Positions 20,161 through 27,632 of a stretch of DNA of 64,000 nucleotides are shown in pieces (position 1 is the stretch's first letter; the number at the start of each line of letters is the position of its first letter). Source of the DNA: a virus; IMG/VR virus record IMGVR_UViG_3300025424_000009. One strand, 5' to 3'. Both the position numbers and the translations under genes were made by a program. The notes beneath the pieces were generated by a model. The model was not told the origin of the DNA and searched no databases. It was given only the letters and a program-made list of their open reading frames with translations.

Positions 20161-20276
20161 TTAGCCCCTGATTAGGGATCGAAGGCACATCATACCTAGT
20201 CATAGGTACACTCTGATGTTGGGAACGTAGGCCCATGAGTTTCTTGATTCTAGAGCATTTTCCAAAAATCAAGGGT
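20161..20276 (+). ncRNA. Candidate structured non-coding RNA of unknown class
   Basis: Stems CCCT/AGGG, ACATCA/TGATGT enclosing TACCTA/TAGGTA, TGGG/CCCA, CTTGATT/AATCAAG; GC-richer than surroundings. Confidence 0.35.
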
Positions 20277-20350
20277 AAACAAGTTAGCTCAATTGGTTAG
20301 AGCACCCTTATTGTAAAGGGTAGATGGAGTTCGAGTCTTCACTTGTTTCA
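20277..20350 (+). tRNA. Degenerate tRNA, Thr(TGT)-like anticodon loop (possibly pseudo-tRNA)
   Basis: AACAAGT/ACTTGTT acceptor, TAGCTCAATTGGTTAGAGC D arm, ATTGTAA loop, GGAG-TTCGAGT-CTTC T arm; irregular stems, no CCA. Confidence 0.6.
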
Positions 20351-20516
20351 CAAAAGCAGTAATTATAGAAATACCCTTGTACCCCTGCACTAGGGTTGGG
20401 TTAGACATAGTTATTCTGATTTAAGGTTTAATTACTGTATATAACCATACCTTTAAGAATAACAAGTGGGAGTACTCCCTGCCAGAGTGGGGGTAAATTT
20501 TAAAAAAATAGATAAT

Positions 20517-20774
20517 ATGAGACAAACAGGTAGAACAGCTAGAATTGTAGATTTTGTTGTAGATCAACTATTTAGTATAGGGCAATGTATAGTTACAGAC
20601 CATATAGCATTTGAGTTTGAATATATCAAAGGATCACACTTACAACAGAATCTAATTAGCAGAGTACAAGAAAGAATAGCATTTAATCTTAGGCATTTTG
20701 AAAATCCAAAACAACTTAATTCTGAAATATTAGATATAAAAGGATTTAAGGTTGTACACTTTTCTTTAATTTAA
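20517..20774 (+). CDS. Hypothetical protein (MRQTGRTARIVD...)
   Basis: ORF track; start moved to ATG 20517 after an A-rich leader. Confidence 0.6.
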   Translation: MRQTGRTARIVDFVVDQLFSIGQCIVTDHIAFEFEYIKGSHLQQNLISRVQERIAFNLRHFENPKQLNSEILDIKGFKVVHFSLI

Positions 20775-20792
20775 AAATAAAAAATAGATAAT

Positions 20793-21923
20793 ATGGCAAA
20801 ATCAGCTAAGACATCAGCTACAACAAAAGAAAAAGAAGAACCTAAAGTAAACCTAAAAGCAGCCGTTACACAAGCGGTGGGAGGGAAGTTTGATAAGGCT
20901 AAATCAGATGCATTACAAAGGTTTAAGAAGTCTCACAATTTATCTGACACTGCTAACTTTAAACCTCAATCTTGGTTACCTATGTCCCCTGCTTTTAGGA
21001 AGGCTACTGGGTTACCAGGGTTATACGAAGGGGGTTTGAATATAGTTAGGGGTTGGTCAGATTCAGGTAAGACTACAGTACTTATAGAGGCTGCTATATC
21101 TGCTCAGAAAGCTGGAAAATTACCAGTTTTTATTATAACCGAACAAAAATTCAAATTTCAACATATAATTGACGCTGGATTCGAAGCAGAAGAAGTGGTA
21201 GATGAAGAAACAGGTGAGATTACCTATCAAGGGGATTTTATCTACATTGACAGAGAGCATATAGATGTTTTAGAAGATGTTGCAAAATTTATATTAGATT
21301 TATTTGATGAGCAAAAGAAAAATTTGCTAATGTTTGATCTTGTAATTTTGTGGGATAGCGCAGGGAGTTTACCATCAAGAAGGTCTGTAGAATCAAAATC
21401 TAACAACGCTCAATGGAATGCAGGATGTATGTCAGAAGTTTTTGGTCAACATGTGGTTCAAGAGTTTGCAAAAAGTAGAAAAAAATCATACCCGTATATA
21501 AATACCTTTGTTGTATGTAATCAAGTAAGATTAGAGCTTCCAGCTAACCCTATGGCAGGACCTGCTATAATGAGGAATAAAGGTGGAGATGCTTTATATT
21601 GGGCAGCAGACCTTGTAATTACAATGGGTAAGCTTACTAATGCAGGGTTAGCAAAAGTAGAAGCAACAAAGAACGGCAAAAAGGTTCTATTTGGTAAGAT
21701 TACTACTATAGCAATTTCAAAGAATCATATCTCAGATGTTACTACAAGTGATAAAATAGTAATGACTGCACATGGTTTTATTGAAAACACTAAAGAGGCT
21801 ATTACAGCTTATCAAAAAGCAAATAGTAAAAGGTGGCTTACTGAGTTTGGAACTGAAGATGTAGATGTTGTTATCAGTGAAGAACAAGGAGATTCTCAAC
21901 CTAATCTAGAGGAAGAAGATTAA
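20793..21923 (+). CDS. recA: RecA/UvsX-like recombinase
   Basis: Walker A GWSDSGKTT, FIITEQK, Walker B-like VILWDSAGS, VVCNQ, KGGDALYW. Confidence 0.85.
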   Translation: MAKSAKTSATTKEKEEPKVNLKAAVTQAVGGKFDKAKSDALQRFKKSHNLSDTANFKPQSWLPMSPAFRKATGLPGLYEGGLNIVRGWSDSGKTTVLIEAAISAQKAGKLPVFIITEQKFKFQHIIDAGFEAEEVVDEETGEITYQGDFIYIDREHIDVLEDVAKFILDLFDEQKKNLLMFDLVILWDSAGSLPSRRSVESKSNNAQWNAGCMSEVFGQHVVQEFAKSRKKSYPYINTFVVCNQVRLELPANPMAGPAIMRNKGGDALYWAADLVITMGKLTNAGLAKVEATKNGKKVLFGKITTIAISKNHISDVTTSDKIVMTAHGFIENTKEAITAYQKANSKRWLTEFGTEDVDVVISEEQGDSQPNLEEED

Positions 21924-21947
21924 TCTCAACTTTTCTCTCAACTTTAT

Positions 21948-21965
21948 TTGATATTTATTAATATA
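21948..21965 (+). promoter_or_regulatory. TTGATATTTATTAATATA candidate late promoter
   Basis: Identical 18-mer at 35112-35129; both precede a small ORF plus endonuclease. Confidence 0.6.
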
Positions 21966-21971
21966 ACACCT

Positions 21972-22139
21972 ATGGGCAGATTGAAAAAATATAAGACAGC
22001 AGAAGAATTAGCAATAGCACGTAGAGGTTATAGTAAAAATTATTATAATAAAAATAAAGAGAAAGTAGATGCCAGAACCAAAGCAAACTATTACAGAAGA
22101 AAAAAGGATAGCGAAGGTATACCGAATTGTGAATCCTAA
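21972..22139 (+). CDS. Small basic protein (MGRLKKYKTAEE...)
   Basis: ATG after the promoter motif; K/R/Y-rich; overlaps the endonuclease ORF. Confidence 0.5.
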   Translation: MGRLKKYKTAEELAIARRGYSKNYYNKNKEKVDARTKANYYRRKKDSEGIPNCES

Positions 22140-23529
22140 AGGTAGTATTTATGTAGGCAGTACCATACAAAAAATAACAAATAGGTGGAGCCCTTATAAA
22201 ACACTAAATTGTAAAGAGCAAAGTAAACTATATAACTCATTGAATAAGTACGGTGTAGATAACCATATCTTTGAAATTATATGGGAAGGTAAGTTTGAGC
22301 AAATGTATAAGATGGAACGTACATTTGGTGATTACTATAATGTACTTGATAGAGATAGTGGACTAAACTTAGCTTTACCTGGTTATGATGATATACCTGG
22401 AGTATTATCAAAAGAGACTAAGGATAAGATACGAGAGTCAAGAGCTTATTTATGTAAGCCTAACAAAAAATGGACTAATTCAATAGTAGTAAATCAATAC
22501 AATTTAGAAGGTGATTATTTAGACACTTTTTATAATTTAATATATGTCAAACAAAAATTTAGGTTAAGTAATCAAGGACTTAAGTCTATGTTAGATGATA
22601 AAGATTATGTTTATGGTGATTTCATATGGATGCTTTATGAAGGAAATACTGATAATATCAATGTAGAAGATTATCCTATAAAAGTTGATAAGTATGACCT
22701 AAAAGGGAATTACATAGAAACTTTTAAATCTACTTTTGAAGCAGCTAAATCTATTGGAGGTAAAGTTCATCATAATGCTAGGAGTATTAGAAATTGTGTT
22801 AAAAAATTAAATAGAACTAGTTTTGGATTTATATGGAAGTATACTAGTGAAAAATTTATTCCAGAAAAAGATAGATATGAAAGACCTTCAGGAAAACCTT
22901 TATCTCTATCTCATAGAAAGATATTAAGTGATAGACATAGTAAAGCTGTAGTTATGTATGATGAAAAGGGTATTAAAATTAGAGAGTTTAAATCTGGTAC
23001 AGAAGCTGCTAAACATGTTGGGACTACTTCATCAGAAGTAAGTAGATCTTGTATAGTAAACAATTCTAGAACAAAAGGTTATTATTTCAGATATAAAGAA
23101 AGCTATAATGAGTCTACTTTACAAAAATTACAAGTATTTGTAAACCCTAAAAAATTAAGAGTAAAACAGATTTGTCCTAAAACTTTAGAGGTTATTAAGA
23201 TTTGGGATAGTATCACCGAAGCAGCCTGTTTCCTTAACGGAAGTACAACAGATATATCTGCGGTATGCTATGGTAAGAGAAAAACCTCAAAAGGTTTTAA
23301 ATGGGAACATGTTGAAGAAGGTATAGATAAAAGAATATGTCAAATTAATAAAGATAATAATGAGCTTATCAAAGTTTGGGATGATGTAAAACTTGCATCA
23401 GAGCACCTAAATTTAGAAGGTAGTAATATTTATGCAACCATAAAAGGCACCAGAAGAAAATCTTGTGGTGGTTTCATTTGGAAGTATTACTCAGATTACC
23501 TACCTTCGCAGGAACAATTAGTTAATTAA
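22069..23529 (+). CDS. GIY-YIG homing endonuclease with NUMOD1-like repeats
   Basis: KVYRIVNPKGSIYVGST; several repeats of type V.QY...G..I..F.S..EAA......I..C......GF.W. Confidence 0.85.
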   Translation: MPEPKQTITEEKRIAKVYRIVNPKGSIYVGSTIQKITNRWSPYKTLNCKEQSKLYNSLNKYGVDNHIFEIIWEGKFEQMYKMERTFGDYYNVLDRDSGLNLALPGYDDIPGVLSKETKDKIRESRAYLCKPNKKWTNSIVVNQYNLEGDYLDTFYNLIYVKQKFRLSNQGLKSMLDDKDYVYGDFIWMLYEGNTDNINVEDYPIKVDKYDLKGNYIETFKSTFEAAKSIGGKVHHNARSIRNCVKKLNRTSFGFIWKYTSEKFIPEKDRYERPSGKPLSLSHRKILSDRHSKAVVMYDEKGIKIREFKSGTEAAKHVGTTSSEVSRSCIVNNSRTKGYYFRYKESYNESTLQKLQVFVNPKKLRVKQICPKTLEVIKIWDSITEAACFLNGSTTDISAVCYGKRKTSKGFKWEHVEEGIDKRICQINKDNNELIKVWDDVKLASEHLNLEGSNIYATIKGTRRKSCGGFIWKYYSDYLPSQEQLVN

Positions 23530-23543
23530 TAAAACAAACAATT

Positions 23544-23765
23544 ATGGTAAGAAAAAATTTGACAGATGTCACACTACCTGCAAGTGAAGTAATAGTGAAT
23601 CCTTCTGGGCATTGTGAAGTGCTTGTATCTTTAAAAGATGTACCTAAAGATAAGTTATTAAACCATCTTTCACCAGATGATGTAGTAAACTACTTCGGAG
23701 TCGAAGACTTAATAGACACAATAGGACAAGATGTAGTATTCAAACATTTTAATATAGAGAATTAA
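23544..23765 (+). CDS. Hypothetical protein
   Basis: ORF track. Confidence 0.6.
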   Translation: MVRKNLTDVTLPASEVIVNPSGHCEVLVSLKDVPKDKLLNHLSPDDVVNYFGVEDLIDTIGQDVVFKHFNIEN

Positions 23766-24118
23766 TGATAATTAATAACTTTGTTTCAGATAAAATATTT
23801 AATGATATTTGTAAGTTTCGTATAAATATGCTATACGATGTTCAAATACTTAAATATCCAAGCAGTCTCTCAGCTATAGCTGATTGTATTAGAAAAGATT
23901 TAATACAAGGAGACTTATTTAAAGAATATCGTTTAACTGATGTCAGAATAACTTGTAGTATTAAAGACGATAAATACATTGAAGTCAGAGCGGAAATAAT
24001 AGATTTACCTTGGATGCAACCTAGAGTTGAAATTCACCTTAGTAAGATGAAAATTTATCATAATGAGGAAATAATTAACTCATTTGCATACAATATAATA
24101 TATGCAGTACTAATATGA
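23765..24118 (+). CDS. Hypothetical protein
   Basis: ORF track; coupled overlaps with neighbours. Confidence 0.55.
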   Translation: MIINNFVSDKIFNDICKFRINMLYDVQILKYPSSLSAIADCIRKDLIQGDLFKEYRLTDVRITCSIKDDKYIEVRAEIIDLPWMQPRVEIHLSKMKIYHNEEIINSFAYNIIYAVLI

Positions 24119-25146
24119 AAAATAAAAGATTATTATCTATTTTCGACAAAATAGAAGATGAGATAGAGTTACCCCAACACATCTCTGCTAAGCATCGTAT
24201 TTTGGTCGTTGACGCTATGAATACATTCCTGAGATCATTTGCAGGATTTAATAAACATAATGTTGCAGGACATTTAGTATCTGGCCTAACCGGCTTCCTC
24301 CAAAGCCTAGGATCCGCAGTAAAGGAAATAAGGCCTACTAAAATCATAGTTGCATGGGATGGGGAGAAAGGCTCTCAAGCTCGTAAGTACCTTTGCAGAG
24401 ACTACAAAGCAAACAGAGATAACACTTCAATTATCAAGAAGGGTATCTTTGAATCTAAATCAGAAGAGGATGAGAGTAAGCAAGGACAACTACTTAGATT
24501 GGTAGATTATCTTAACTGCCTTCCCCTAACTATGATTGTTAAACCTAACCTAGAGATGGATGACATTGCAGCTATCCTGGTACAGCACCTAAAAGGTAGA
24601 CCAGATACTCACACATATATCATGTCTACAGACCAGGATTTCTATCAACTAATATCAGATGCGGTAACAGTTTATAAGCCTAAAGAGAAGCAGTTCATTA
24701 CAGAACACGAAGTATTAGCTAAATATAAGGTACACCCAGTTAACTTCTCTGTATTCAAAAGTTTAAATGGAGATACCTCAGATAACTTATCAGGTATCAG
24801 TGGGTTAGGAGAAAAGACCATTCCTAAACTATTTCCAGCACTTTCTACCTCTAGCAAGGTAACTTTAAAGGACATATACCAAACGTGCCAGGATAAGCCT
24901 CAAAATAGCGTTCTGTACGATAGAGTTCTATATTGTAAAAGCACCCTAGAAACCATGTTTAAAATCATGGACTTACATAATGTAAACGTAAGTGATAGCG
25001 ACAGAGAAGAAGTAATAGCCGAATTTGAATCAAAAGTAAATTTGTTTAATCGGAAAGAATTCCTAAATTTGCATTCCGAGGATAGGTTATATGACACCAT
25101 CCCTAACATAGTCAAGTGGCTAGATATTTTTAATAACGTAAAATAG
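24115..25146 (+). CDS. 5'-3' exonuclease / flap endonuclease (T4 RNase H-like)
   Basis: LVVDAMN, AWDG, EMDDIAA, STDQDFYQL, GDTSDNLSGISGLGEKT. Confidence 0.9.
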   Translation: MKNKRLLSIFDKIEDEIELPQHISAKHRILVVDAMNTFLRSFAGFNKHNVAGHLVSGLTGFLQSLGSAVKEIRPTKIIVAWDGEKGSQARKYLCRDYKANRDNTSIIKKGIFESKSEEDESKQGQLLRLVDYLNCLPLTMIVKPNLEMDDIAAILVQHLKGRPDTHTYIMSTDQDFYQLISDAVTVYKPKEKQFITEHEVLAKYKVHPVNFSVFKSLNGDTSDNLSGISGLGEKTIPKLFPALSTSSKVTLKDIYQTCQDKPQNSVLYDRVLYCKSTLETMFKIMDLHNVNVSDSDREEVIAEFESKVNLFNRKEFLNLHSEDRLYDTIPNIVKWLDIFNNVK

Positions 25147-25152
25147 AGATTT

Positions 25153-25959
25153 ATGATAGAAGACAAAGGTTTAAGGTTTAATACAGGGAAGACGCGTTAT
25201 GACTTAGTTCCAGCATTTGCACAAGAACAGTATGCAAAAGTTATGACTAAAGGGGCTGAAAAATATGCCGAGAGAAATTGGGAAAATGGGATGAGATGGA
25301 GTAAAGTATTAGCTTCATTAGAGAGGCATTTAATGGCTGTTAAAAAGGGAGAAGATTATGATCCTGAGACAGGGTTGTTTCATTCAGCACATATTATGTG
25401 TAATGCTGCATTCCTGACTGAGTATTATAAAATATACCCCCAAGGTGATGATAGACCTCATAGTTATTTAACTACTCCTAAAATAGGCCTAGATGTTGAT
25501 TGTGTACTAGCTGATTGGATAGGAGGTTATAAAAAACAATATAAATACCCTGATAATCACGAGTTTGATTCATGGTATCTACATTTCAATATAATTGGAA
25601 GGTGTAATAATGAACTAAGTGAGGATTTTTATTTAAATCTTAAGCCTCTCATAAGTCCCAAAGACTTACCTTTTGAACCTCATTGTTACATTACATCAAG
25701 GAATATACCTTCCTCAGTAACAGAGGAGTGGTTGTATAAAAATGGATTTCCATGTAGACCGGTACGTACAGTAGGCTTATCAGAAAGTAAAGCTGAAGTG
25801 GCAAAAGAGATGGGTGTAGAGTTATTTGTAGATGATGTATATAAAAATTTCCTAGAGCTTAACAAAGCTGGTATATGTACTTTCCTATTTGATGCACCCC
25901 ACAACAGGAGATTTGAAGTAGGTTATAAGAGATTAAGTAATCTAAAAGATCTAGTATAA
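25153..25959 (+). CDS. dATP/dGTP diphosphohydrolase-like domain (DUF5664 type) fused to a HAD 5'-nucleotidase-like domain
   Basis: GKTRYDL..GAEKY..NWENG..SLERH..GED.DPETGL.H.AH..CNA.FL; then IGLDVDCVLADW ... LFVDD. Confidence 0.75.
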   Translation: MIEDKGLRFNTGKTRYDLVPAFAQEQYAKVMTKGAEKYAERNWENGMRWSKVLASLERHLMAVKKGEDYDPETGLFHSAHIMCNAAFLTEYYKIYPQGDDRPHSYLTTPKIGLDVDCVLADWIGGYKKQYKYPDNHEFDSWYLHFNIIGRCNNELSEDFYLNLKPLISPKDLPFEPHCYITSRNIPSSVTEEWLYKNGFPCRPVRTVGLSESKAEVAKEMGVELFVDDVYKNFLELNKAGICTFLFDAPHNRRFEVGYKRLSNLKDLV

Positions 25960-25982
25960 ATGTAGCATCAAAAAATATAATT

Positions 25983-26177
25983 ATGACACTAAAAAGATTT
26001 ACAATTAAGTTAAATTTCGACATTGACTTAAAGTTCATAGCCATCCTGCCAGCACTAAACATCAATATGCACAGCAGTTCATTAGAGTTTGAATGGTTAG
26101 TATTTGCAATTTATGTAGACTTCTCTAAAGAAAAGAAACACACTTACACACTACTAGATGAAAATTATTATTTCTAA
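25983..26177 (+). CDS. Hypothetical protein
   Basis: ORF track. Confidence 0.5.
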   Translation: MTLKRFTIKLNFDIDLKFIAILPALNINMHSSSLEFEWLVFAIYVDFSKEKKHTYTLLDENYYF

Positions 26178-26231
26178 CTAGTATCTATACAATCAGTTTT
26201 ATCCTTACTACACACTAAAATTTTTGCATAG

Positions 26232-27551
26232 ATGACAATGAAAAATCTATCTGCATACGGATATGACTTCCGTGTGAAGGTAATATACAGTATAATAACC
26301 TCAAAAGAGTTCCTACAGAATGTAGCAGACATAATAGACTCAGAGCATTTTGAATCTGTTTCTCAACGGTGGATAATTGATAAGACTATTGCATACTTTA
26401 ATAAGTATAATACCTATCCAACCATGAACTTCTTTAAGATAGAAATAAAGAAGCTTACTGATAAGATATTATCTATAGCAGTGTTTGAAGAGCTTAAGAA
26501 AGCTTACGAATGTGAAGATAAAGATCTTGACTATGTACAAGAAGAATTTCATAAATTCTGTGCCATCCAAAAGGTTAAAGCAGCTTTACTATCTTCTGTA
26601 GACATGCTAGATGCAGGTTCAGATACAGATGATATAGCAACGGTGGTTACTAAAGCAGTTACTGCCGGTAAACCTAAAGATAAAATACACATCTACGAGA
26701 AGGATGTAGAATCTAGGTATAGAGAAGATGCTCGTAACCCTATCCCCTTCCCATGGAAGACGCTTACAGATAATACTCAAGGTGGTATGGGTGGTGGAGA
26801 CCTTATTGTACCTGTCTCTGGACCTAAAGGAGGTAAATCTTGGATATGTATAGCATCAGCAGCATATGCAGCTACACTAGGACATAACGTAATGTATTAT
26901 AGCCTAGAACTATCAGAAGACTATGTAGGCAAAAGATTTGATGCCTTCTTCACCAATATAGATGTAGACCAACTAAAAGGTAATACAGAGTTAATTGCCA
27001 AAAAGATTAGTGAAATAAAAGGCCGGATACGTATTAAAAAATACCCACCAGGTAAAACAACCCTTTCTCAAATTGAGAATCATCTAAGAAGAATGAAGAC
27101 TCAAGAAGACTACATACCACATTTTGTTGTAATAGACTATCTAGAAAAGCTCGGCAATCCTAAAAACAGAAAAGACAAGAATGAAGACGCATCAGATATC
27201 TTCACAGAGGCAAAAGGCCTAGCTGAGATATTAAACGTACCTCTTATGTCTCCTGCACAGGCAAACAGAACAGCAGAGGGGTTAGATGTGATAAAGGGTC
27301 AGCACCTTGCTGGTACCTATGAAAAGTTCATGATTGCTGATATTATCTTCACAGTAGCTAAGAAAACTAATATATGGTACATAATGGGTAACAGATACGG
27401 AGAAGATGATATATGTTACAGATCCACCTTTGACCGTAAGACAGGTCATATTGTAATTGACTCAGAACCATATGATCCAGATGGGGAGGTAGACCTTACT
27501 AACCCAGACACCAAACAACGAATGACACAAAAGTTCAGAAAGTTAGAATAA
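26232..27551 (+). CDS. Replicative DNA helicase (DnaB/gp41-like)
   Basis: GDLIVPVSGPKGGKSW, YYSLELSE, IKKYP, VVIDY, AQANR. Confidence 0.88.
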   Translation: MTMKNLSAYGYDFRVKVIYSIITSKEFLQNVADIIDSEHFESVSQRWIIDKTIAYFNKYNTYPTMNFFKIEIKKLTDKILSIAVFEELKKAYECEDKDLDYVQEEFHKFCAIQKVKAALLSSVDMLDAGSDTDDIATVVTKAVTAGKPKDKIHIYEKDVESRYREDARNPIPFPWKTLTDNTQGGMGGGDLIVPVSGPKGGKSWICIASAAYAATLGHNVMYYSLELSEDYVGKRFDAFFTNIDVDQLKGNTELIAKKISEIKGRIRIKKYPPGKTTLSQIENHLRRMKTQEDYIPHFVVIDYLEKLGNPKNRKDKNEDASDIFTEAKGLAEILNVPLMSPAQANRTAEGLDVIKGQHLAGTYEKFMIADIIFTVAKKTNIWYIMGNRYGEDDICYRSTFDRKTGHIVIDSEPYDPDGEVDLTNPDTKQRMTQKFRKLE

Positions 27552-27632
27552 ATATAAGAACATTCTACACGAATAAAAACTATATTTATTAACCCTTCGA
27601 TATTGGAGGAATGAAAAATTAATACAATACAC

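Noticed and set aside
20161-20240. Hammerhead ribozyme suggested by CTGAT motifs
   Set aside because: No CUGAUGA...GAAA core with correct stems; kept only as an unclassified structured RNA
20351-20440. HDV-like theta ribozyme 3' of the tRNA
   Set aside because: Pairings are nested rather than the P1/P2 double pseudoknot, and no matching element follows tRNA-Arg
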